58,535 nucleotides of DNA from Saprospiraceae bacterium (GTDB lineage Bacteria; Bacteroidota; Bacteroidia; Chitinophagales; Saprospiraceae), in assembly GCA_045106885.1 (NCBI GenBank), contig JBGCFJ010000108.1, positions 1 through 58,535 on the forward strand, in the 5' to 3' direction. Below are positions 18,723 to 28,855 of the stretch, one piece after another. The notes below the pieces were generated by a model. It did no database searches, was not told the origin of the DNA, and worked only from the letters and a program-made list of their open reading frames with translations. The position numbers were made by a program, and so were the translations under genes. How positions within the stretch are numbered: position 1 is the stretch's first letter; every line of letters begins with the position of its first letter.

Positions 18723-19713
18723 AACGTCGGATTTTTGCTAAGTATACTAGGGGGAATTTTAGTCTAGTTACTAGCTGTTTACTAAATCATGTTGTGTTTT
18801 TTTAGATTAGAGATGAGCGACTAAAGAAAGGAAACTAAACTTAGCGTATCATTAGCTTTATAAGATTTCAGTTACTATAAACTAATTAGATTTCTATGTC
18901 TTGTCTCTATTCTCTGTTCGCTTCTCTCGATTCTATTACTTACTTAAAAGACTATTCTTTTTTCTAAAGGTAGGCAGGAAAATGGAAGGATAAAAATTGA
19001 TTAAATTTAAATTTTAACAAATTGTAAGTAGCTATAAATGTTTTAGTTGGTTGATTAATGATAAGTTGATTACTATTGTTTTAGTTGATAAGTGCTTGAT
19101 TTTCAGTGAACTAAAATGACTTAGTGTAAAATTGACAAAATGACCTCAAAATAACTTTTACCTAAAACAGACAATCGTTAAAAAACAAAACTTTCCGATT
19201 TCAGTTTAACTAATCTTTAAGACTCCATTTACTTTTTTTTAAGTCGTTTTTTATGAAAAAAGCTGCGTTTGGTACTTATTGGCATAAAATTCTCCTTAAA
19301 TTAAAGGGTTAGAAATGGGCTAGGTGTACACCAAATAGGGTATAAAAATTACTGAAAAAAAGATTTTTATACCTAACAAGGGAAAAAAAAATTGTTAGGC
19401 ATTTTTTTTTAATAATATATATGAGCAGTTAGTTTGTATTTTACTTATATTTGTGGATAGTTATTACTTTCCTTAAAACTGTACCTTTTACTATTAATAT
19501 TTTACACCTAAACTTAAAACGAGAGATAAACGCCCAAGTTTATAACAAAAAGGTTTGATTTCCTAAATTCCGATTACACTATAGCAATGAATAAATGATT
19601 GCCCCTATCACTTATTGGTTGTTTATTAAGATTAGTTTGATTAACTAACCTTACTAATGCTTTTAGAATCTTGAAAATATTATAGACCTAGAAAAGTATA
19701 AATACCTGTATAA

Positions 19714-22587
19714 ATGAAAAGACATATTACATTTGCATTAACATTAACTTTTTTTGTTACGACTCTTTTTGCACAAGAAGTTAGAACGTACGATGGTTCT
19801 AGTAATAATTTGAATAACCCGACATGGGGAGCGACACATACTCAATTAGCTCGATTAGCTCCTGCTGATTATGCTGACAAAATTGCTGCACCAGCAGGTG
19901 CGCAACGTCAAAATCCAAGAAAATTAAGTAATGCGCTTTTTGCTCAAGAAGGACCATTAGCGGATAGAATGGGTTTAAGTGATTTTGTTTGGGTCTTTGG
20001 ACAATTGATAGACCACGATATTACCCTTTCTGAAGGGAGCGATGAACCAGCAATGATTCCAATTAATTTCCCTGATGTACATTTTAATCCTGGCGGTGCT
20101 ATTCCGAATGTAATGATTAGAATGAGTCGAACAGCGGCAATGGAAGGTACTGGAACTGATGAGAATAACCCTAGAGAGCATTTTAATGAAATCACAGCTT
20201 GGTTAGATGCTTCTTGTGTTTATGGGTCTGATGCTTTTAGAGCGAACTGGTTAAGAACTTTTGAAGATGGAAAATTGAAAGTGTCTGAAGGGAACTTATT
20301 ACCATTTAATACAGAGAGTGGAGAGTTTAATAATCCTGTATATGTTGATGCGCCAAATATGGCAGATGATGTGGGCCGAGCTACTCGATTATTTGTAGCA
20401 GGAGATGTCCGAGCTAACGAGAATGTATTATTGACTGCTTATCATACCCTATTTGTAAGAGAGCATAATAGATTATGTGAAGAATTGATTTTGCAGCATC
20501 CCGATTGGCAAGATGAGCAAATTTACCAACATGCCCGAAAAATTGTTGGAGGTATTTTACAAAGAATTACATTTGACGAATGGTTGCCAGCAATGGGCGT
20601 TAATTTGGCTACTTATAGAGGCTATGATTCAAGTGCTGACCCAAGTATTTTTAATGGCTTTTCTGGTGCTGCTTTTAGATTGGGGCATACCCTTCTGAGT
20701 GGAGATATTTTGGTGATGGATGCAGAAGGTAATGAACGAGCAGAAGGACCGTTGGCATTAAGAGATGCTTTTTTTAATCCAAATGCGCTAATTGATAATG
20801 GAGGATTAGATCCTTTTTTTAGAGGAATGGGAGCGCAAATGCAACAGCAATTTGATGCTAAAATCGTAGATGATGTAAGAAATTTCTTATTCGGCCCTCC
20901 TGGAGCTGGTGGAACAGATTTGGCATCTATTAATATTAATCGAGGTAGAGAAAGAGGCCTGCCAGACTTTAATAGTTATCGAAGCGCCTTGGGGCTAACT
21001 CCTTATCGCTCCTTTAGAGAAATGAATGATAATTCAGCTGTTATTGAGGCATTACAATCAAACTATAGTAGTGTTGATGATATTGACCCTTGGGTAGGAA
21101 TGTTGGCAGAAAAACATATGCCAGACGCACTTTTTGGGGAGACAGTTAGAGCTTTTCTGCATTTACAATTTTCTGTTCTTAGAGATGGAGACCGATTTTA
21201 TTATGAAAATGACCGTAGCTTATCAACTGAGGAAAAAAACAATATTAGTGCGACTACCATGCGAGATGTTGTAATGCGGAATACAGGCATTAAATTAATG
21301 CAAGATAATGTCTTTGAAGCTATGCCCATGCAAGAAATTTGTGGCTTCTTCGGAGAGTCTGCTCAATTACAAGGAGTTGTTACCAATGAATTCGGTGCAA
21401 CAGTTTTAAATGTCGATATAGAATTAACGGATGGTTCTAACCAAGTTATTGCTTCAACTATTGCTAATGGTGGTTTCCAAGTTAGTGATGTTTCTACTTG
21501 TGAAGATATTATTGTACGACTTGATAAAAAAGATAACTATAGTAATGGTATTACGACTTTAGATATGGTTTTAATTTTAAAACATATTCTAAATATTGAA
21601 GCTTTTGACTCGCCCTATCAGTTTATTGCGGCGGATGTTAATAAATCAAATTCTATTTCTGCGGCGGATTTAGTAGCTATTAGAAAAGTAATTTTAGGTA
21701 CTACTAAAACTTTCCCAAATAATAATGGGTCTTGGCGTTTTATTGATGCGGACTATAATTTCTTAGATGATAATCCATTAGATGAGGCTTTTCCCGAAAC
21801 TTTGACGATTAATTTGTCTAAAGATACCGACTTTAATTTCGTAGCTGTAAAAGTAGGAGATGTGAATGGAACAGCTGACCATACCAGTGCCATTGATGCC
21901 GACGGTTTAATAAGTGGGGAATCTAGAACGTCTAAAAGCTTAGCTTTCACGACCGAAGATATGCAAGTGGTTGCTGGGGAGACTTACACGATTCCATTTA
22001 AGGCAAATAGTGAGGAAGCTATTATTGGGTATCAATTTACTTTAAATTATAGTCAAGATGCTTTAGCTTTTGAAGCTTTAAATACTTCTGCTACTTTGAC
22101 CGCAGATAATATAGCGATGGATAATGGCGTCATTCGAGCAAGTTGGAATAGTATTAATGCTGTGGATACCGAAACTTTGAATTTTGCTATGACTTTCACG
22201 GCAACTAAAAATGGTCGATTAAGCGAATTACTAAGCATTCAATCTAATCCAACAGTAGCCGAAGCTTACGATGCTAATTTAGATATATTGCCTGTTAATT
22301 TAGCATTTACTCAACCAGTCTCTAAGGATTTAGCTTTATACCAAAATCAACCAAATCCATTTAAAGGAAATACAACTATTGGATTTGACTTACCAGCAAG
22401 TAGCGCTGTTCAATTACAGATTTTTGATGTGGCTGGTAAACAGCTACAATTGATTGAAGGAGACTATTCAAAAGGTTATAATGCCATCGAACTGAATACT
22501 ACTAACCTAAGCACTAGTGGTGTTTTGTATTATCAATTACATACGTCGTTTGGTAGTTTGACTAAGAAGATGATGGTGGTGGAGTAA
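19714..22587 (+). CDS. secreted animal-type haem peroxidase family protein with dockerin-like, cohesin-like and T9SS C-terminal sorting domains
   Basis: 957 aa with a signal peptide. The peroxidase N-terminus has RTYDGSSNNLNNPTWG and FGQLIDHDITL. The dockerin-like segment reads ADVNKSNSISAADLVAIRKVILG. The C-terminus LYQNQPNPFKGNTTIGFDLP...LQIFDVAGKQL is a type A T9SS CTD. Confidence 0.75.
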   Translation: MKRHITFALTLTFFVTTLFAQEVRTYDGSSNNLNNPTWGATHTQLARLAPADYADKIAAPAGAQRQNPRKLSNALFAQEGPLADRMGLSDFVWVFGQLIDHDITLSEGSDEPAMIPINFPDVHFNPGGAIPNVMIRMSRTAAMEGTGTDENNPREHFNEITAWLDASCVYGSDAFRANWLRTFEDGKLKVSEGNLLPFNTESGEFNNPVYVDAPNMADDVGRATRLFVAGDVRANENVLLTAYHTLFVREHNRLCEELILQHPDWQDEQIYQHARKIVGGILQRITFDEWLPAMGVNLATYRGYDSSADPSIFNGFSGAAFRLGHTLLSGDILVMDAEGNERAEGPLALRDAFFNPNALIDNGGLDPFFRGMGAQMQQQFDAKIVDDVRNFLFGPPGAGGTDLASININRGRERGLPDFNSYRSALGLTPYRSFREMNDNSAVIEALQSNYSSVDDIDPWVGMLAEKHMPDALFGETVRAFLHLQFSVLRDGDRFYYENDRSLSTEEKNNISATTMRDVVMRNTGIKLMQDNVFEAMPMQEICGFFGESAQLQGVVTNEFGATVLNVDIELTDGSNQVIASTIANGGFQVSDVSTCEDIIVRLDKKDNYSNGITTLDMVLILKHILNIEAFDSPYQFIAADVNKSNSISAADLVAIRKVILGTTKTFPNNNGSWRFIDADYNFLDDNPLDEAFPETLTINLSKDTDFNFVAVKVGDVNGTADHTSAIDADGLISGESRTSKSLAFTTEDMQVVAGETYTIPFKANSEEAIIGYQFTLNYSQDALAFEALNTSATLTADNIAMDNGVIRASWNSINAVDTETLNFAMTFTATKNGRLSELLSIQSNPTVAEAYDANLDILPVNLAFTQPVSKDLALYQNQPNPFKGNTTIGFDLPASSAVQLQIFDVAGKQLQLIEGDYSKGYNAIELNTTNLSTSGVLYYQLHTSFGSLTKKMMVVE

Positions 22588-22637
22588 TTTGCTAAATCTC
22601 CGAGATTTAGTAAATTTATAGACATTCAGATAAATAT

Positions 22638-22680
22638 AAAACGGCTTACTTTGAACTGCTTCAAGGTAAGCCGTTTTTAT
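22638..22680 (+). terminator. rho-independent terminator of the peroxidase gene
   Basis: aaaacggcttactttgaa-ctgc-ttcaaggtaagccgttttta: a long GC-containing stem followed by a T-run. Confidence 0.7.
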
Positions 22681-22800
22681 TTGCTCTAAATCATTTTTTC
22701 TCCATCGCGAATAAACAATCCTCTCTTTTCTTCCTATAAATTATTCTTTTCTATAATAAAGGAATTATCTTAGCAACTTTTCAAAGTGAATTATCAAAAA

Positions 22801-25800
22801 ATGAAAAGTACGTACTCATCCCATTCGGTTTTATTCATGCTGTTCGTAGCAATTATTTTGGCTTGTTATTGCTGTAAAAGCACCACTTCACAAGCATCGG
22901 AAAAACTAGTCTATCCTGAAAAAATAATCAAAATAGACCCTACCAAAGCAGCGGAACTCTCCGAAAAAATCAAGCAAGAAGTAGCGGTAAAAGTAATGGA
23001 GGGTTTAGAGTTAAGCCTATGGGCATCTGATTCTTTGGTGACGGATCCTATTTCTATTAGTATGGATGATAGGGGAGGTATTTATTATACGAATGCGGTG
23101 CGTTTGGAAAATTCTGAATTTGATATTCGAGGGCATCGAGACTGGATGACGGAATCTATTTCTTGGCAACATGTCGAAGACCGTCGAGCTTTTTTACGAA
23201 AAGAATTAGCCCCTGAAAATAGTGAAAAAAATGAGTCGATTGTCAATGATATGAACGAAGATGGTTCGCATGATTGGAAAGATTTATTGGTTGAAAAAGA
23301 AACGGTTTGGCGAGTGGAAGATTCGGACGGTGATGGATTAGCAGACCAAGCTAAATTATATATTGAAGATTTCCACGAAGAAATTTCTGATTTAGCGAAT
23401 GGAGTAGAAGAGCACGACGGCGATGTATTTATCGCTGTAGGGCCTGATTTATGGCGAACAACGGATACGGACGGTGATGGCATTGCCGATGAAAAAGAAT
23501 CTATTAGTCACGGTTGGGCAGTCCATATTGGATTTGGGGCACACGGCATGTCTGGCGTAAAAGTTGGCCCACAAGGCAGAATTTGGTGGGGTATTGGAGA
23601 TATTGGGATGAATGTAGTTGATAAAGAAGGCAAAAATTGGAAATACCCAAATCAAGGCGTGATTGTTCGCTGCGACCCTGATGGGAGCAATTTTGAAGTA
23701 TTTGCTAGAGGTTTGCGAAATACACACGAATTTGTCTTTGACCAATATGGGAATTTAATTACAGAAGATAATGATGGGGATCACCAAGGCGAACGAGAGC
23801 GCTTGGTCTATGTCACGAATGGTTCTGATGGCGGCTGGAGAACCAATTGGCAATTTGGAAAATATACCGACCCCGATAATAATGGCTATAAAGTATGGAT
23901 GGATGAAAAATTGAATATTCCTAGATGGGAAGGACAAGCAGCTTATATTACGCCGCCAATCATTAATTATGTGAATGGTCCAACAGGGATGGTCTATAAT
24001 CCAGGAACTGCTTTAGGCGAACAATGGGCGAATCATTTTTTCATTGCTGAATTTAGAGGGACACCTGCTAAATCTCCATTGCATGCTTTTACTTTAAAAC
24101 CTAAAGGTGCTTCTTTTGAACTGGAAACGACTAAGGAAATTGTTAGTGGCGTATTGCCAACAGGATTAGATTTTGGCCCTGATGGTGCTTTATATTTTGC
24201 AGATTGGATTGATGGCTGGGGGGTAAAAAATGAGGGTAGAATCTGGAAATTAGATGTACCTAATGCCTTAAAACATCCTTTGCGAGCGGAAACAAAAACA
24301 TTGGTACAAGCTGATTATAGTAAAAAAACAATTAGAGAATTAGGCGGCTTATTAGGATATGCAGATATGCGAGTTCGACAGAAAGCACAGTTTGAATTAG
24401 TGAAGAGAGGGGAAGAGGGTTATAAAAAATTATTGGGGACGGCTACAAATGGACAAGAACCGCAATTAGCTAGAATCCATGCGATTTGGGGCATTGCTCA
24501 AATGACGAGAAAAGAAGCTAAATATGGAAATATTTTAACGATTTTATCAGGCGATAGAGACCCAGAAATTCAAGCACAAGCGGCTAAAATGATAGGAGAT
24601 GTTCGCCTAAAAGGAGCGGGTGATTTTTTAGTGCCTTTATTAAAATATTCTCCTTCCTTGAGAGTGCAGTTTTTTGCAGCAGAAGCATTAGGGAGAACAG
24701 CAGATAAGAAAGGGATAGAGCATATTATTGCCATGTTGGAAAAGAATAATGATGAAGATGCTTGGTTGCGTCATGCTGGTATATTGGCTTTGGCAAGAAT
24801 TGGAGAAGCTGCTCCGATTATTGCTTTAAAAGATAGCCCTAGTAGGGCTTTGAGAATTGCAGGAGTCGTCGCTTTACGAAGAATGAGCGACCCAGCTGTT
24901 GCCGAATTTTTAAAAGACGAAGATGAATATATTGTCACCGAAGCAGCTAGAGCGATTAATGACGATTATTCTATAGCAGCAGCTTTGCCCGATTTGGCAA
25001 TGATTTTAAAAGAAAAAAGATTTAAGGGGGAACCACTTTTAAGAAGAGCGATTAATGCTAATTTAAGAGTGGGAAAGGCAGAAAATATTGCTTTGCTAAC
25101 TGAATATGCCAATAGAAAAGATGCACCAGCAGCTATGCGTGCAGAAGCTTTGGCAACCCTAAGTGGTTGGGCAAAACCTTCTGTTTTAGACCGAGTGGAC
25201 GGACGTTATCGAGGACCAATTGAAAGAGATGCTGCACCAGTGATTGCGACTATTCAACCTAGTTTAAATAGTCTCCTAATAGCAGAGAATGAAGCGGTTC
25301 AAATAGCGGCAATGGAGGTAGCTAGTAAATTGAAAATAGATGCTGCTGCGGGCACTTTATTTGAATTATTACAAAATTCAACGGTTGATAAAGTTAGGGA
25401 GTCTGCCTTAAATGCCTTATCCAAAATGCAATTCCCTAAAATGGCAAATGCTATAGAAATGGCTTTAGCTGATAAATCTAAAAAGGTAAGAAGTGCTGCT
25501 TTAGGCATGCTAGGAGAAGCCGATTTGACAGAAGAAAGTGCGGTTAATTTATTTACCAATATCTTACAAACAGGGTCAATGATAGAAAAGCAAGCAACTT
25601 TGGCAGCTTTGAGTAAATTAAAAGGGGTAGCTGCAGTAAAGGTCATTATGCAGCAAGTAGACCAATTAATTGCAGGAAAAGCAGCACCTGAGCTTAAATT
25701 AGATATTGTAGAAGCGGCAGAAAATAATGGGTCGGCAGTTTTAACAAGTAAATTAATGACTTATCAAAAAGCTAAAATTGCGAATGATCCATTAGTCGAT

Positions 25801-26247
25801 TACGCAGAAACTTTAGCTGGTGGAAACGCTATAAAAGGGCAAAATATTTTTTATAGAAATGAGGCTGCGCAATGTGTACGTTGTCATGCTATCTTTGAAT
25901 TTGGCGGCGATGCAGGCCCTGTTTTAGCAGGAATTGGTTCTAAGCGAAGCCCTAAAGAATTATTGGAATCTATCATCGAACCCAGTGCAAAGTTTTCCCC
26001 AGGTTATGGTGTTGCTACGCTTACTTTAAAAGATGGAACGACAACAGCAGGTATCGTTATGGAAGAAACGGAGACTGTCATCAAACTAAAAATAGGGAAA
26101 GAAGATTTACAGACGATTGCTAAAAACGAAGTAGAAACTAGGGAAGATATTCCTTCTAGTATGCCTGGGGTAAAAGAGATTTTGAGTAAACAAGAAATAC
26201 GGGATTTAGTGGCTTTTTTGGTTAGTTTGAAAGATGAGGAACTTTAA
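22801..26247 (+). CDS. PVC-type haem-binding CxxCH protein (membrane-bound dehydrogenase-like propeller + HEAT repeats + cytochrome c domain)
   Basis: About 1148 aa from the ATG at 22801. It has an N-terminal TM/signal, DGDG-rich propeller-like blocks, a central HEAT-like helical repeat region and a C-terminal AAQCVRCH haem c motif. Confidence 0.7.
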   Translation: MKSTYSSHSVLFMLFVAIILACYCCKSTTSQASEKLVYPEKIIKIDPTKAAELSEKIKQEVAVKVMEGLELSLWASDSLVTDPISISMDDRGGIYYTNAVRLENSEFDIRGHRDWMTESISWQHVEDRRAFLRKELAPENSEKNESIVNDMNEDGSHDWKDLLVEKETVWRVEDSDGDGLADQAKLYIEDFHEEISDLANGVEEHDGDVFIAVGPDLWRTTDTDGDGIADEKESISHGWAVHIGFGAHGMSGVKVGPQGRIWWGIGDIGMNVVDKEGKNWKYPNQGVIVRCDPDGSNFEVFARGLRNTHEFVFDQYGNLITEDNDGDHQGERERLVYVTNGSDGGWRTNWQFGKYTDPDNNGYKVWMDEKLNIPRWEGQAAYITPPIINYVNGPTGMVYNPGTALGEQWANHFFIAEFRGTPAKSPLHAFTLKPKGASFELETTKEIVSGVLPTGLDFGPDGALYFADWIDGWGVKNEGRIWKLDVPNALKHPLRAETKTLVQADYSKKTIRELGGLLGYADMRVRQKAQFELVKRGEEGYKKLLGTATNGQEPQLARIHAIWGIAQMTRKEAKYGNILTILSGDRDPEIQAQAAKMIGDVRLKGAGDFLVPLLKYSPSLRVQFFAAEALGRTADKKGIEHIIAMLEKNNDEDAWLRHAGILALARIGEAAPIIALKDSPSRALRIAGVVALRRMSDPAVAEFLKDEDEYIVTEAARAINDDYSIAAALPDLAMILKEKRFKGEPLLRRAINANLRVGKAENIALLTEYANRKDAPAAMRAEALATLSGWAKPSVLDRVDGRYRGPIERDAAPVIATIQPSLNSLLIAENEAVQIAAMEVASKLKIDAAAGTLFELLQNSTVDKVRESALNALSKMQFPKMANAIEMALADKSKKVRSAALGMLGEADLTEESAVNLFTNILQTGSMIEKQATLAALSKLKGVAAVKVIMQQVDQLIAGKAAPELKLDIVEAAENNGSAVLTSKLMTYQKAKIANDPLVDYAETLAGGNAIKGQNIFYRNEAAQCVRCHAIFEFGGDAGPVLAGIGSKRSPKELLESIIEPSAKFSPGYGVATLTLKDGTTTAGIVMEETETVIKLKIGKEDLQTIAKNEVETREDIPSSMPGVKEILSKQEIRDLVAFLVSLKDEEL

Positions 26248-26299
26248 TAATTATTATTAAAATTGATGATTTTTATCAATTTTTTCATATATTTGATAT

Positions 26300-26770
26300 A
26301 TGAAAATTTTACACAAAAAAACAAATGAATATCACGAAGCAGTTATAGAATTAGTGGAAGATGAGGATTGGGAAGTCATTGAAAAATCAGGAGATTTCAT
26401 TTTTAATTGGAGTAAAGAAAAGGACTACCTTGTTCACAAAATTCGCCTTCAATTAGAAGATAAAATACTTGGTTTAATTTCTATAGAGGATATTCCTAAA
26501 GAATATAGGTTACATATCCATTTAGTAGAAAATAGTAATGCTAATAAGGGGAGAAAGAAGATTTATGATAATATAGCAGGGTGTTTAATTGCACATACTT
26601 GTGAAATCGCTTTTGAAAAAAATTATGATGGATTTGTTTCACTAAAACCCAAAACAGAAATAGTTGAACTCTACAAAAATAAATATGGGTTCTCTGAAAT
26701 GGGACAGTTTTTATTTACAGAATTGAATAATTCAGAATCCTTAATCAAAAAATATTTGAGTAATGAGTGA
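26300..26770 (+). CDS. hypothetical protein, possibly GNAT-like fold (156 aa)
   Basis: AT-rich ORF. The segment ILGLISIED..HIHLVENSNANKGRKKIYDNIAGCLIAHTCEIAFEKNYDGFVSLKP..LYKNKYGFSEMG resembles the beta4-alpha3-beta5-alpha4 core of acetyltransferases but lacks a clean Q/RxxGxG/A motif. It overlaps the next ORF by 8 nt. Confidence 0.5.
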   Translation: MKILHKKTNEYHEAVIELVEDEDWEVIEKSGDFIFNWSKEKDYLVHKIRLQLEDKILGLISIEDIPKEYRLHIHLVENSNANKGRKKIYDNIAGCLIAHTCEIAFEKNYDGFVSLKPKTEIVELYKNKYGFSEMGQFLFTELNNSESLIKKYLSNE

Positions 26771-27287
26771 AAAAGAGAAGATATATAAAAGCTTACAAAA
26801 AGAATATACCCTAGCAGAATTAGCAGATGCGGTTATATTATCTGATGCTTCAACTAAAATGGAAGAAGAAGAATTTGTAAAATTGAGATTAGCTCGAAGA
26901 AATACTTTATCTGAGAAAGAACAACTCTTTTCTAGTCTTCTATCGCTTAAATATGAGATGAAGTTTTATTTAAATAAAACTAAATTTGAGCCTAAGAATA
27001 ATTTTGGAATTTACTTGAAAAAGTACCTTAAAATAGTAAGGAGAACACAGAAAAAATTAGCAGAGGAAATTGATATACATCCTTCTCGATTAAGTCGTAT
27101 TATCAAAGGAAAGGAGCGAGTAGGGAAATCGCTTGTCTATAGATTAGAAAGTCATTCTGGAGATTTGATTCCTGCTATCTTTTGGTGGAAAATTTTTCAA
27201 AAGGAAGTAGAACAAGAAATTGTGAATGCGATAAAAGAAAGAGAAATAGAAAAGCAATATGTTAAAAAAATAGCTTATCGAACTTGA
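26763..27287 (+). CDS. XRE/HigA-like helix-turn-helix protein (174 aa)
   Basis: The C-terminal half, LKKYLKIVRRTQKKLAEEIDIHPSRLSRIIKGKERVGKSLVYRLESHSG, matches the HigA/VapI antidote-type HTH. The start ATG lies inside ATGAGTGA, overlapping the upstream stop. Confidence 0.6.
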   Translation: MSEKEKIYKSLQKEYTLAELADAVILSDASTKMEEEEFVKLRLARRNTLSEKEQLFSSLLSLKYEMKFYLNKTKFEPKNNFGIYLKKYLKIVRRTQKKLAEEIDIHPSRLSRIIKGKERVGKSLVYRLESHSGDLIPAIFWWKIFQKEVEQEIVNAIKEREIEKQYVKKIAYRT

Positions 27288-27313
27288 CTAAAACCAGAAA
27301 AGAAAACTTTAAT

Positions 27314-27739
27314 TTAAGATTTTTCCTGCTTACGGATAAATAACTCGTATTCTTTTCTATCTAAAATAAAAACTAGGATGAGCGCAAAAACACTCCCAAT
27401 CAAATACCCATAAATGTCCTTGATGTCAAATACGCCTAAAAAATTAACGAAAAGTGCAGCTATTTCCGATAGTAAATAAAAGCAAGTCACTAAAAAAACA
27501 TCAAATACCTTATTAAATTCACCATTTATTTTTACTGTTCCTTCTTTCGATGTAAACCCCCAAAAGAATAAACATAAAATTAAAACAACTACAATATTAC
27601 CTCCTGCATCAGCTATAAAAGCATTACCGTTACCACTTTCGTAAACTTCTTTTCGATAATGACTACTTAGAAATGCGCCAATTCCAAGAAATAGCACCAA
27701 TAGCATTCTGTAAATATTTTTTTTCTTATTGGTTGACAT
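27314..27739 (-). CDS. hypothetical membrane protein (~141 aa, 4 TM)
   Basis: The start is taken at the ATG at 27739 (MSTNKKKNIY), which removes the overlap with the upstream gene. AT-rich, no domain recognised. Confidence 0.5.
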   Translation of the reverse strand: MSTNKKKNIYRMLLVLFLGIGAFLSSHYRKEVYESGNGNAFIADAGGNIVVVLILCLFFWGFTSKEGTVKINGEFNKVFDVFLVTCFYLLSEIAALFVNFLGVFDIKDIYGYLIGSVFALILVFILDRKEYELFIRKQEKS

Positions 27740-27744
27740 TTGGC

Positions 27745-28827
27745 TTAAAACAAATCCTCCATTCGATTTTTTTGAATCGCTTGCCAAGCCATCACACTCA
27801 ATCCTTTCACCGCATGATTCATATTCGCAAATTTAGGATTGGTAGAATGTCCTGTTTTATATCGCTTATAGATTTGCTGCACAACTACTGCAATTTTAAA
27901 TAAACCAAAGACATAATAATAGACAATATTACTTAAATCTCTTCCACTTGAATTGGCATAAATTTCCGCAATTTCACTTCTAGTTGGATTACCAGATAGG
28001 GTCGTCGGACTTAGTGCTATTTGTTTAATCCAATCTGGGTCATTCGGATTGGTCCAATAACAAAGCGAAGTGCCTAAATCCATGAGTGGGTCACCTAAGG
28101 TGCACATTTCCCAATCTAAAATAGCAATGATTTTTGTCCAATCATTACTATCCAAAACAACATTATCGTACTTATAATCATTATGAATCAAACAACTATC
28201 AGACTCGGGTAATAGATTATCTGCTAACCATTTACTGACCTTTTCTATTTCTGGTACTTCGTCCGTTTTAGCATTAAAATATCGCTTTGTCCAGCCTCTT
28301 ACCTGTCGTTCGTTATATCCTGCTGGTCTTCCTAAATCTCCTAAACCTGTTGCGTCATAATCTACCTTATGTAAATCCACCATTGTTTCTACCAAGGAAT
28401 GGGCAATACCTCGCATAACCGTTGGTGCTGGATGCATTTCCTTTGGCATTTTAGACCGCAGAATGACCCCTTCTACGCGTTCCATAATATAGAATTCTCG
28501 ACCAATAATGGACTCATCTTCACAGAATAATAAAGCCCTTGGTACTTTATCATAAGAACTAATCAACTTAGAAAAAAGCTTGTATTCTCTGGACATATCA
28601 TGGGCAGACTTAATTTTTGGCCCAAAAGGAGGGCGACGTAAAACCAATTTTGTATCGCCAATATTAACTGCATAAGTCAAATTAGATGCTCCACCAGGAA
28701 ATTGATTAATGGACAAATCGCCTGTATATTGAGGTAAATGTTCACTTAAATAAGCTTTTAATGTTGCTTGATTTAATTCCTCTCCTTCTCGAACAGCTAC
28801 TGCTTTATCTTTCCAGTTCTTGGACAT
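27745..28827 (-). CDS. phosphotransferase (APH/ACAD10-11 N-terminal kinase-like) family protein
   Basis: 360 aa with the catalytic loop LIHNDYKYDNVV (HxDxxxxN) and ILDWEM (DxE/D). Confidence 0.75.
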   Translation of the reverse strand: MSKNWKDKAVAVREGEELNQATLKAYLSEHLPQYTGDLSINQFPGGASNLTYAVNIGDTKLVLRRPPFGPKIKSAHDMSREYKLFSKLISSYDKVPRALLFCEDESIIGREFYIMERVEGVILRSKMPKEMHPAPTVMRGIAHSLVETMVDLHKVDYDATGLGDLGRPAGYNERQVRGWTKRYFNAKTDEVPEIEKVSKWLADNLLPESDSCLIHNDYKYDNVVLDSNDWTKIIAILDWEMCTLGDPLMDLGTSLCYWTNPNDPDWIKQIALSPTTLSGNPTRSEIAEIYANSSGRDLSNIVYYYVFGLFKIAVVVQQIYKRYKTGHSTNPKFANMNHAVKGLSVMAWQAIQKNRMEDLF

Positions 28828-28855
28828 GTTTTATGTTTATTTGTTTTGCGTAGAT

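Noticed and set aside
23085-23745. Two minus-strand ORFs (132 aa and 98 aa)
   Set aside because: They are antisense inside the 1148-aa PVC-type haem protein gene and have no motifs. The same reasoning applies to 23755..23937 and 25299..25646.
27745-28827. An aminoglycoside-resistance (APH) call for the phosphotransferase gene
   Set aside because: Only the generic kinase catalytic loop is visible. Base composition is native, and the sequence looks like the ACAD10/11-type phosphotransferase family. There is no basis for a resistance call.
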